Assembly (NCBI RefSeq): GCF_036321535.1
Contig: NC_087437.1
Location: 41,728,001 to 41,792,000 of the forward strand
Direction of reading: 5' to 3'
Length of the DNA stretch: 64,000 nt
Source of the DNA: Camelus dromedarius
Lineage: Eukaryota
Part shown: one piece after another, positions 14,414-26,095 of the stretch
Position numbering within the stretch: position 1 is the stretch's first letter
How the letters are laid out: each line of letters begins with the position of its first letter
Made by a program: the position numbers and the translations under genes
The notes under the pieces: generated by a model
Told to the model about the DNA's origin: nothing
The model's input: the letters and a program-made list of their open reading frames with translations, nothing else
Databases searched by the model: none

Positions 14414-14543
14414 TCTCATTAAAGATCACACAGTGATGGTGTGTAAGCATGCAGTTAACTGGTACTCAGCTGAAACTAGAGTGGGAAGTGCTTGAAAGAG
14501 GCATGAAGGGTTTTGACAAACATTCACAAAAGCATGGTGTGAG

Positions 14544-14910
14544 TGCTAGGGACTGAATGTTTGTGTCATCCCCAGATTTTACATTGGCACTCTAACCCCC
14601 ACTGTGATGGTATTAAGAGATGGGGCTGTTGGGAGGTAATTAGGTTTAGATGAGGACATGAGGGTAGAGCCCCCGTGATGGGGTTAGTGCCCTTATAAGA
14701 AGATGAAGAGAACGCACTTTCTCTCCCTCCATCATGATAGTATACAGCAAGAAGGCGGCCGTCTACAAACTGGGAAGTGGGGTCCCACTAGACACTGAAT
14801 CCTCTGACACCTTGGTCTAGGACTTCTGACCTCCAGATCAGTGAGAAATGGCTGTTGTTTAAGCCATTCAGTCTATGGGTTGTGTTCTAGCAGCCCAGGC
14901 TGACTAAGAC
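14544..14910 (+). mobile_element. MLT1A-like MaLR solo LTR with 5-bp TSD
   Basis: Starts TGCTAGGGACTGAATGTTTGTGTC and ends GACTAAGAC. Flanked by GTGAG at 14539-14543 and 14911-14915; a 5-bp TSD is typical of MaLR. Confidence 0.88.
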
Positions 14911-16496
14911 GTGAGCCCTTCCAAATTTCAAGGGTCTCATGGGGAGGGGTGGAGCTGGAAAAGGAATAAAAGCCCCCTGTTTGTGTGGTTCAAAGCAACA
15001 TGCTTAAATGACTCTGTTGGCTTAGGACTCAGGGCAGGGGGCAGATGAGCACAATGCAGAATTAAGTTGAGAAACTCAAATGCAAAACAACCATAGCTGA
15101 AATTGTCTACATTCTTGGTCCAGTAAGTAATAAAGTGATGAGAAAAAAAAGAATCGGGACGCCAGACGCACTGCAGCTGTCCCCTGCAGCTACTCTGCCC
15201 CTCCTCCATGGAATGGAATGGCTTCGTTTGTTTTCCTTTCATTATTCATTGTTATGTTTGGGGTTGTTTTTTTTTAATGAAAGGGGGAAAGAAAATATTT
15301 CCCCCTTACCATGTGATACAATGGTTTTATTATGTTTTTCAATGAATTGAGAAAGATTTGCCATAAAAGATGTAGGTAAACCCTTTAAATGCAGTTCAAA
15401 ACATAGGGACAGAATATTTATCAGCAGAGGACCCTCTTCCTCCAAACAAAAGGCAATTTAGCAAGAATATATTGGTTTCAAAACTTCCAACAGACATACC
15501 CTGCATCATTAGCAACAGAAACGCGTTTTGAGACAAATTCATCCATGACTCTTATCCTGAAGTTCTGAGGTCCCATACTGGGCAAGGTTTCTCTGGTGCT
15601 TCTTGGAATTAATCCTCTTGAGTGGATCCAGGTAAAACGCAAGCAGGACCATGCAACTAAGAATCCACTGTATTTCTCCCTCACAAATTTTATTATGTGG
15701 TCTCCTCAAATTGGTCAGTAGAAAAATCAGAATCTAGAAAACTAACGGCAATTCAGGGCATTACTGTTCCTTTTATCTCGTACTTTTCTCTGGAATAATA
15801 ATAGTGGTGATACAAGACTGGGTAATAGGCGAATAATTGTAGGTGCTACTTATTGGGCAATTACTGTTTGTCAGGTGCTTTGCCTGCTTTACCCCTTGCA
15901 ACACTCTAAGGCTCACTGTCCCCATTTCACGTGTGAGGGTGTTGAGGTGGTCACGTGGAGTCAGGATTCTCTCCTGGGTCTCGTGGGGCCTGGAGTCCAG
16001 CTCTCTGCTACTAGACCACTCCTCTAAGGTGGTGTATCTTCAGCTTTACATACTCCAGGTGACTTTGCATAGTTATGATTCTGGTGGACAACTTTTCTCA
16101 TATTTCTCACAGATAAAAATGAACATATTTTAGAAATGGAAGCTAATTTTTCCAGGATATTTTCACTTTATTTAATCAGTGGGACCATGTGAAGGATGAT
16201 AGCAACTTACTAAGAGAGAAAATGAGACTAAAGTGTTCATTGTAATGTATTAAAATAACCTTGATATTTTGTCAAGGAGGGAGCAATAGATGGGGAGGAG
16301 TTAGAACTGAGAACTGCTGTCGATTTTTACTTTATAAATTATTGTGAGCTTCAAAATATTTTCCCCTTGACATACAGTCAATTTAATCTTTTAATATAAA
16401 ATATCCTAGGGGGTGTTTTTCCCCTTGCTCCTTACTCTTAATCTAAATTATTATTATAAGTAATACTCCTAAACAAATTTAAAATGTTATATTTTT

Positions 16497-16671
16497 ATAT
16501 TTTATTTATTTATTTTTAATTTTTCGTTGTCATTTTTGTTTTGGGGGGAAGGTAATTAGGTTTAATTTATTTATCTATTTATTTATTTAATGGAGGTACT
16601 GAGGATTGAACCCAGGACCTCGTGCATGCTAAGCATGCGCTCTACCACTGAGCTATACCTTCCCTGCCTCC
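16497..16671 (-). mobile_element. tRNA-derived SINE, camelid Vic-1-like
   Basis: Reverse complement reads GGGAAGGTATAGCTCAGTGGTAGAGCGCATGCTTAGCATGCACGAGGTCCTGGGTTCAATCC (A and B boxes) plus an AAAT-rich tail. Perfect 14-bp TSD aatgttatattttt at 16483-16496 and 16672-16685. Confidence 0.9.
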
Positions 16672-17789
16672 AATGTTATATTTTTTCAAAATTAGAAATA
16701 GATTTAAAACAAAGAAAAAAATTTTGTTTCATAAAAGGGCAGAAACTTGATGAGAAATCATAAGCCTCCATTCTCTATAATCATATAAATTCAGTTTTCA
16801 GCAAAGAAAACTGAATTTATCTCAGTGAATATTTCAGAATGACTGTAATGGTGCTAATATGTGAGTACAAAACCATTTAGGAATGTAACAATGTTGGATA
16901 CTTTAAATTTTATGAATTAAAAAGGAGATTACTTAACAGCTATTATTGGATCCCTGAGTTCACTCCCCATATGAAAGGAGGGAGAGAAACAGAGGAAGTA
17001 ATGAGGGTGAAACACAATGGGGTGGGGGGTGGGGTGAAGAATGACACCTTAGGGACCAGAGGGGACTGTGGACAAGGCAGCAGTTCACCCTGCACACGTC
17101 AGTAGTTGTGGGCCTGAGCTTCCTCATCTCTAAGACCACAGGGTTTGTCCAGCCAGCCTCCAAAGACCTTTCCAGATCTGTCTCAGTCTGATATTGTAAA
17201 ATAAAACTTTTTTCCATTTGAGAAGATTGACATTCAGAAGGGAGGACTGTCAGCAGCAATGAGTGGCTCTCCACCTGTCCTGAGCCACACTGATGTGTGG
17301 CTAGGCTGCACCACATGGCGTTACTATGCTAGCTCCAGAGGTGAACTATACCAGCAACATTACTTAAGCGATGCAATGTGAGAGTTGTCACAGATCCACC
17401 GATCACTTTAACCAGTTTAGAACAGCACCTTTCTTTGCTAAATATTCACTTTGTCATATCAAACCAACCAGAATTATCCTGTTGGTTGTCTTTTTAAAAA
17501 TTTAGCATTATATAATGAATAAATAAGAAATTTATGACTCTAGCTTATTTGCAAAAAGATTGTTCTTAAATGTTTTTATTCTCTTATACCATATAACTAA
17601 CCTAGTATCATGGATGATAAGGAAAGCTGCTAGTTAAAGAAATAGAACTACTAGGTGCTGGACGGTAATCAGTACCTATTTGAGAAGAGGAGTATCTTCT
17701 GTTCACTAGAAATGACTTTCTCTTGTCGTGTATCAAGAATTATGAACCCAAAACTTTAAATCTAATACTCATTATTTACACTTGCTCCT

Positions 17790-19200
17790 TGACATTTATT
17801 GAGCCTATACTATGTGCCAGATATCATGCTAAAGCACAGAAAGATGAGCAAGACCCATTCTGTCCCTCCATTGACTTACAGGGACTGAGGGGAAATGAGA
17901 CTTGGGCCAGGAGGACGAAGAGCCCCAACAAGGAATAACAAGACCTGAGTTAGGTAGTGATGCTGGACATGAGAAGAGTGATACATTTGAGAGAGATTTG
18001 CGAGGTAGAATCAACAGGACTTAGTAACAGCATGTGGAACAAGGGAGGAGCCCAGGAAGATGCAAAGGAGTTCTGGACCATGAGAGACAGACAAAGTGAT
18101 TGGATTTAATGCGTGAGTCCCACCCTTGTCACTTAAGGTTAATGCTCAGTTTCACATCTCATCATTAATCAAAAGCCACTGTAAGAACCTGATAGAAGAA
18201 ATCAGAGGACTTCTGCCTAGGATTCTAGCCAATGAGGTACTAAAGTTTACCATTGGACTCTCCATGACTCAAGTTGTTCACATGTCAAATACAAATGATG
18301 ACTCCCTTTGAGTTTATGATAAACCTAGTGCTGAAGGGCATGGACTATAAGACAGTTTCAGTCTTGGTCATATTTATTGAACAATGTGTCTCTTCTTCTA
18401 CTGAATCTCCCATGGCAAAGATTAGCCATGAAAGACCTGTAGATAGCCAAGCCCAATGGACTCTTCAATCTACATCTTCCTTGACCTCTCTTCAGCCTTT
18501 GAAACTATTGACCACTTTCTCCATGAAGTGCTCTCCCTTTGACTTCCATGCACCATTATCTTTGGTTCTCTTCCTTCTCTGTGGCTTTTCCTCCTCAGTC
18601 TCCTTTAAAGGCCCTTTTGCTCTGTTCACCACTTAAAGACCGGTGACCTCACCCCTTTTGAGCTGATGCCTCACACATCCACATCTGTTGCCCAGTCCCC
18701 TCTCCTGCTCTAATGAGCTCTACATCTGACTATTTTCCGGTCATGCTCCTGTGTCCCTCAGACACATCAAATTCAAGATGTTCATAATGGAGTTCGTCAT
18801 CTGCTTGTCCCCAAAACCTGCTCTTCTTCCTGAATCTCCAACTCAGTTGCCAACACTCATGACATGCAGAACAAACTTGAGACATGGAGTCACCCTTGAC
18901 TCCTCATACCTGAGTCCATCACCATGTCCTGACAACTGTACCTCTTAAATATTTCTCTGTTGTGTCCTTCTTTCTCTATACCAACCGTGATGACCGTGGT
19001 TTGGCCCCCATCTTCTTTCACTCAGACTTCTGTTCCCAGTCTTGTCTTTCTTAAGAATTATCCTCCACTCAGGCTCAAGAATGAGCTCTCTAAAGTTCAA
19101 ATCTGCGCTTATCATTCTCTGCTTTAAGTCCTTCTGCTGTTCCCCTTCACACAGGATACAGTCAAGCTCCTTCGCATGACATCCACGTGCACTCGGCTCC
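17790..19200. mobile_element. Degenerate L2 LINE fragments
   Basis: acatttattgagcctatactatgtgccag (~17792), plus pyrimidine-rich L2-like text at 18400-19200. Confidence 0.55.
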
Positions 19201-19789
19201 TCTCTGAGCATGTGAGTTCCTCCCGGACGGGGACAAAGATGAGCAGGAATGTGGGAGTATGAGAGTCAAAAGAGGAGCAGGGTAGCAGGTTTCAGTACTC
19301 ATTGTCATTTTTATGTCTTCCTCGCTACAGTTAAAGTCTTACCTAAACCTACAGGAGGCACAGTTCAAATTTAGAAACAGTTCACATGTCATGGGAAAAT
19401 TTACTATGGTTGTGGAATCCAAGAAGAATCACCAGAAAAAGAGTATGTAGAAAAAGTAGATTTGAACTTCCATACCAAGGAGCAGTGGTTTATTGAAGAA
19501 GAATTGCTTTCAGCATTATTTATGACTCAGGGAGAACCTGATATGCTGTAGTACTTCTGAAGTCAGACCGTTTGAGGGGTAATTGCATCCTCTATCGCCT
19601 ACTTTCTGAGTAGCCTTGAGCAAATCAACATTGAACCTCTCTGAGCCTAAAGTTCTTCATTGGCAAAATAGAGATAACACCATATATGGCAAAATAAAAT
19701 AACATACTTACTATTAAGAGTCCTACACTGAGCATGGTAGTTGATAGATCCTTAAGAAATGTTTGCTATCTTCCCCTCACTTCTTTTTT

Positions 19790-20020
19790 TCTTTTAATTC
19801 TTATTTTTTTATTGCAGTCAATTTAAAATGTTAATTTCAGGTGTATAGCAAAGTGATTTAGTTATATGTATGCACACATACATATATATTTTTTCAGTTT
19901 GTTTTCCATAATGGCTCATTACAAGAAATTGAATATCATTTCCTGTTCTATAAAGTAGGTCCCTGTTGTTTACCTATGTTATATATAGAAATTTGAACCT
20001 GTTAATCCCAAACTCCTATT
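19790..20020 (-). mobile_element. Short L1 3' end (artiodactyl type)
   Basis: T-tail plus ttcaggtgtatagcaaagtgattta...gtaggtccctgttgttta...ttaatcccaaactcc. Confidence 0.75.
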
Positions 20021-20462
20021 TAAATTCTTGACTCTAAGTCAAAGATTTCAGAAAGTGCCCTTTAGCCTTCTATAATTTTCAAAAAACCCCAAACCAATCC
20101 AAACCAGACAAAACAAACAGCAAATGACCGAAGGAGATAGTCTACAGAGAGTCCCCACTCCTTAGACAGCCCTTGCCCACAAAAGTAACGGTCCTTCCGG
20201 ACTGTTTCATGCTTATGTCAGATATTTTATTACACATATATTTCTTTTTTTATTTCTCTCTGCCATCCCCTTCCACCAGTGTCACCAATTTTGTTCTCTA
20301 TGGTGATTCCTCTTAAGTCCTTAAGTGGTACCATGATGTTACTTGAGCCATTCTTCATTGGGTTCCTATGACATAAAAAAGGCTAAATTAAATGTCAGAA
20401 GTGACACTCCATTTTCTTTGATAAATTGTAGAAATAAACTATTGTTTTTTTTTTCTTCCTAG

Positions 20463-20483
20463 GGTCAAAAGAATGGGCAATAA
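20463..20483 (+). CDS. TMEM212: Probable TMEM212 terminal coding exon (GQKNGQ-stop), giving a 187-aa protein
   Basis: Very strong acceptor (gtttttttttttcttcctag|GGT), phase-0 continuation, TAA at 20481-20483, then an AT-rich UTR with AATAAA at 20591. Confidence 0.75.
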   Translation, partial: GQKNGQ

Positions 20484-20590
20484 ATTTGAAGCAATGTTCC
20501 TCTTAAACTTATTATACTTGTAACCATTATTTTGAAGTATTTGTAAAATAATTTTGATCTTTAAACTTTTTGCCCTCTATGTTCTTTTAA

Positions 20591-20596
20591 AATAAA
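20591..20596 (+). terminator. Candidate TMEM212 polyadenylation signal AATAAA
   Basis: AATAAA about 110 nt after the stop, followed by a T/GT-rich downstream region (20620-20650). Confidence 0.55.
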
Positions 20597-21199
20597 AATG
20601 GATAACTGTACATTTTAGCTCTTTTTGATGATTAACCTTGTTTTTTTTTTCTGATTTACATGCTAGGATATAAAAATTGAAATTGTGTCATCATTGTCAT
20701 AGAATTTTAAAATCTGAAATTTAAATTGGCAATGAATGAATGTTTTCTTTAAATTTCTCTTGTTCTCTGTGTGATGTGTCATTAAGCTGTAATTACATAT
20801 TACCCAAATTAAGAAAACGTTTTTCTCAGCCTGTCTTCATTGCCATTACCAAAGTGATTCTAAATCTTTAAAGTACGGTTAAAACTTTGGATTGTGGCCA
20901 TAATGAGAAGGGTCTTCTGCAGGGGGAGTATGGCCTCCCTCCTGGCCTCTCCATAGCTTCTCTTTGACACTTACGACAGTTTAATTAATCACAAGGGACC
21001 TTAGAGGCACTTTAGACCAACTTTTCATCAAATGACCCAAGATCTATATGCCCCTGACGGCTCAGTCATTCCCAAGAGGCAACCCCAGTCTGCTTCTTAG
21101 TGGCGCTGAATATAAGAAGTCTTTGTGGTTTTGGCCAGAGACTCTCTTCTTAGTCTCTCTTTCTTGGTCCTGCATCTGTAATCCTTGATAGCACAGTGC

Positions 21200-21352
21200 G
21201 GTGGTTCTCAAATGTGGTACCAAGCCTGGCAGCATCCACATCAGCTGGGAACTTGTAAGAACTGGAGACACTGGGGTTGGGTCCCACAAATCTGTTTTAG
21301 GAAGCCCTCCTCCAGGTGACCCTGATGTGCACTGAAGTTGGAGAAGCACTGG
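21200..21352. mobile_element. MER5A-like hAT-Charlie MITE
   Basis: gtggttctcaaatgtggt...agcatccacatcagctgggaacttg...gaagttggagaagcactg. Confidence 0.8.
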
Positions 21353-24300
21353 TTCAGTGAAGCAGAAAGTAGGTGTAACTTTACAATGGAAAATACCTGG
21401 ATTCAGATCCTGGCCCTCTGTTATTCTAGGCCATTGCTTCGGTTTCCTCCCTAATCAAATGGAGCTGATGTGTGTCGTTAATTCTCAGATTTGCTGAGAG
21501 AATTCCATGCCACTGTAAGGGTCAAGCACACAGCAGAAAGTCTAACACACCCTAAGTACACAAAAGTAACGTCTAGTGATAGTGATTCATTCAACACATT
21601 TATTAGATTCCTTTGAACATGAGTCTATATAAAGTCCATTCTTTTGAGAAAGAAGTGCAGAAAATGTTAGACATAAAATTAATGTTAAATACCTTCACTT
21701 TACAAATGAAAAGTGTAACATTCAGAGAGGCTAAGGACAGACAGCTCAACCGCTGGTGTCTGGAATTCCTTTTAGTACCTTTTAGTGCTCAGCTCTTCAA
21801 TCAACACATGTTTATGTCACTTAATGCAGAAGAAGATCTCTATTCCTGGGCCTGGTGATTACACAAATAGGGACTTCAAATTTATCAATGTACTGTCTGA
21901 ATTAATTTTAATATTAATTGAGCATTTCCAGCTAGTATTGGGCACCATGGATATTTATTTATTCACTTATATTTTGCTTTCCTATATATATCTTATTCTG
22001 TTCTGAAAGGATTTAAGATGACTGTTGGGCATTTTATCAAGAGTTGGGGTTCCAGCTGCTATAGCCCTGACTGCAGGACCACTGAAGTCCAATAGTTCTT
22101 CCTGGAAGTTTTGCAAGAGGTTCTCAGTAAAATGTGCACAATTCTGAGGATCTCAAACAGATGTACAAGAGTAGGAGACCCGTACCATGCAAGCGCTTTA
22201 GGTGAACTGGAATTCCACGTATAACTTGTTAATCAGAAATCAAGAACTACGTGGGGTTAATTCTCGCCCTTGCATTTACAAAGAAATGGGCAGACATCTT
22301 GCTCTGCCCTTGCCTGGGAGAACTAAATGGTTAACGTTCACCATCGTGCACCCGCAAAAAAAGTCTGCTCTACAGACTGGAAGGAACAAGGCACCTTTAC
22401 TTTAAAGGTTTCCAGTTTTGTGGGGCTGTTGATATTACTGGACTAGTGACAGACACCAAGGCGGGAAAATAGGCTGGGTTACTTAAAACTCTTTGAATGT
22501 GGACACATCAGCTTGTGGGAAGGAAACTATTTAAAATGGGGCTTAGGGAAAGAAGAAAAAAATCCCCTTTCCCCATATGAGATTCTTCCATAGTGTTGTC
22601 ATGCAATCTTGAAAACCTCCATACAGCAGATCACTCTCATTGGATATATGCAAATTATCTGAGACCCAGTGGTTTCCTGCCAGGGAAAAACTTATAATAA
22701 CAGAGCAAGAATGCAATCTGAGCCCTCGCTCTCTGAAACCCCTGAAAGAACAGAGTCGTTCTTGACAGGGCAATTTCAGCCCTTGACATTCCAGGAAATA
22801 GCTTAATAATGTCATTTAGGCTGGGGTTATAACCAATCTTAAGACATGGAGACACAAATGCAGTATGTAAAATTTTAAATATCAGTTCAGGAACCATTAT
22901 TCACTTTCACACAGAGTTTAACAGCAAAGACCACCACCACAAAACAAAAACTAAGCAAAGCATCCTAATTAAATTTAACGTCCCCACTAATTAAACCCAA
23001 TATAGGAAAAGGAAATGTTTCTGCCAAGAAATTACAGACACATCCTGAAGACTATTTCCTTTTCACTTACTCTCCTAAGTCCTGGGCCCATGCCATATCC
23101 AGGATGTGACACCCAAAGAAAATTGTATTTTAATCGTTAATATCTATGCAGAAGTTACTCCCATCCTGAAGCCTCAGAGGCCTTTATAAGACACACTGGC
23201 CTTCACATTCAATGTGTTTCATTTTTTCTGGGTGCAGTACAGCTGAAAAGGGTTACAAGACTCAGGTTAAAAGTCAGGAAATGGATCAGGGCCCCACGCT
23301 ATGACATCATTTTCTTGCAATGCAGTGAAGCGATGACATTTCCTGCAGGAAAAATGATTAGAGCTGACAAGTGGCCTTAGTTAGCTGCAGTGTTTGCAGT
23401 GGAAGGTGTCAGGCTTGCCTTGCTCCAGCTCCTACACCCTCCCTCCTGTTCTTTGGCTGAGGCTTCCCCCGAGGTCAGGGGGAGAGAAAGAAAGACCCAG
23501 GCCACTTCTCTTTAGTGACAGTCCTGATATATTTAAAATAAAGATGTGCTAAAACGTGGTTACAAAAATGGTGAATTTTTTTTCATTGTTAAAACAGTTA
23601 CTACATTAGACCAGAAAATATAATTTTACCACTTACAAAATGATTTCCAGATTTGTTTTAAAAAATGATATATAGGCAGAGCCACCAGGATCGTGCCAGT
23701 CAGCCAAAAGCAGAGCGAGGATTCAAAGCTGGCTCACCCTCGGATTACCAAACCATGATTGCTGGTGCTGGGTCGGCTCTGCCTTTTTTGGATTCACACA
23801 AAAGTTTCACAACCAGTGATAGATGGTCTTGTACTAGGACACAGTCTGAAGGTGAAAGATGAACCAGTCTTCTGCTTTCAATCCTGGGTGTCTCTGTGAC
23901 TGTAGATAGAACATCTTCGGGGGGATCTGCAGAAGAGTCAGTTTGAGGACCTGCCTACTTCTGAGCTCTGGGCCAAATCTGCCTCCTGGCAGGGTCACCC
24001 AGGCACACAGGGAGCCCTTTTGGGATTTATGAGCTAATATGGGCATTGTGAGGTACCCGGCTTAGCGAGAGGCGCTCTGGGGAAGGATTCAGCCTGGCCA
24101 GGTGTGTAAAGGTAGTGGCCCTGCTGTTTCTCATACAGCAGACCCTGCTGAACTCCACATGCAGACAGACCAGCTCCAGTCCTTAAGACCAATTTAGAGA
24201 TCTGAACTGTGGCAAGACTTATTTAAAAGCTCTGGCCAACCCACTGGGACTCCACATCAAATCGCCCTTGCTTCTCTGCATGTGGCCGTGTGACTGGGTG

Positions 24301-25954
24301 CGATAACTGGGTTTCTGCCTTATACATGGACTCCGGTGGCTGGGTGTGTGGTGACTGTGCCTGGGAACAAGTGTCTGTTCCCTCGGCTTACAGGTACCTT
24401 GCCCTTCTCGAACCCACAGGCCTGCCCCAGAAACAAACACAGCGAGGGGTCCGGCCTCAGCTTCTTCTGTCACGTTTCTTGCACTTGGCACCCTTCTGGG
24501 AGCTCCCTGGGAGTTAGCACAGCCCTCCAAGCAGACTGCAGGTACAACAGAAGAAAACAGCTTCCTGAGGCTTCTTTTGTCCATTTCAAAAATTAATACT
24601 AAGTCATTTTTGTGTCAGTGGAGGAGACTGAGCAGGAGTGAAAAGTTTCTACTATGAAAAAAAATCACTTATGACTTAAGAAATGGAAAAATCCTAGAAC
24701 CCAGGATGGATTTCTTCATTAGAAGCAGTGTTTCCAGATACTGTGCTAGGTTTGCCAAACAGATCTAAGGTCTCGATGGCAGTTGAGTGGATAGGTGTCA
24801 CAGATGCTCTGTTTACACAGCGTCTCACATCTATAAATCATTACGTAGTAACTGGATGGACCTTGCAGTGACAAATATGCTATCTCTGGAAAAATCTGCA
24901 AATATCTGAAAGGCTTATACATTTCCCCAGCATGAGTCAAAACAAGCATAGTTGTCGCAACTTTCTCTCATTATCCTGTGGGTGTTCTCTCAAATGTGTG
25001 GGTCTTCATAAATGAGTCACTGTTTCCAAGGTCTGTCAGAAATATCAGTGTTTCAAGCCTAGGGAGCGTAGCAAGTCTAGAGAGAAGGGCAGAACTTTAC
25101 ATTATGGGCGAGAATGTAAAATGTCCGAAATCACTGGGGTTTTATTACTCTGCCAGATTTGCATTCTTGTACTATCTACTCACTCCCTTTTAAGGACTCT
25201 TTGTTTCCTATCTATAGTTAAACCTGTGAGAAGTAAAAGAGAATTTATTTTACATTTAGTATATTTGTACAGCCACCGGTCCTGGAGTGGGTATTTTTCA
25301 CCACTTGAGTAACCCTTCCGCTTGCCCCTGCATGCTGGAAGTGTCGTTTAACTTAAATACACAGATCAGACTTGTTTAAGACTCTACCCTTTCACCTTGC
25401 TCCAGGCAGGGAGAAAGATCAAAGCTTCCTCTATTTTTTAGGGATGACCCCTTCTTTGTTCTGAATGCTTCTCACATCTCCTGTTTGTAGAAGCTTCTGC
25501 ACAGGCTGAATTGTTTCTTTTCCATAAATCTACTTCTCCCAAACAAGACCCTCATTGCCCACTTGGCATCCTAGAAAAGGGAAGTTACCCATGTGGATAG
25601 ATTCTTCACTTTATGATGGTTGTTGTTGTTGTTGTTTTAATTCCTAGTATTAAAACAGATATTTTTAGTACAAAGAGTTGTCAGAACTGCTAGGTGAAAA
25701 GGGGTATTTGTAATTAATATGCTATAATGATAAGACTGATAGAGAAAGTGAAAAAACTCACCTGTTATCAGTTCTGCCTGGAAATAACGAAATGACAAAA
25801 AGGTATGATGTGTTTTAATTTTACTTTAAAGTGACCGTAATTTATTTACTAATTCATTAATTCTTTTTGGGTTGAAGCAGACACAGGATAAATGATGATG
25901 CTATTATTTCACTTAGTTCATGGATTTATTCTCGATTAAGACGACGTAGGGTGC

Positions 25955-26095
25955 GGGGGAAAGGTATAGCTCAAGTGGTAGAGCGCATGCGCAGCACGCA
26001 AGAGTTCCTGGTTTCAATCCCCAGTATCTCCTCCAAGCAGAAATGAATGAATAAACCTACTTACCTCCCCTTCATAAAAAACAAACAATACAAGC
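25955..26095 (+). mobile_element. tRNA-derived SINE, camelid Vic-1-like (more diverged copy)
   Basis: GGGGGAAAGGTATAGCTCAAGTGGTAGAGCGCATG...GGTTTCAATCCCCAGTA...AAACCTACTTACCTCCCC. Degenerate 17-bp TSD aagacgacgtagggtgc (25938-25954) and aagactatgcagggtgc (26096-26112). Confidence 0.88.

Noticed and set aside
15494..15631. Possible cassette exon in intron 3 (ccaacag|ACA...CAG|gtaaaa)
   Set aside because: Weak polypyrimidine tract, an in-frame TGA in the TMEM212 frame, and no recognisable homology.
25955..26030. tRNA-like sequence with A and B boxes (also at 16590-16665 and 28280-28350)
   Set aside because: These are SINE heads followed by an AT-rich tail and TSDs, with no intact acceptor stem; not tRNA genes.
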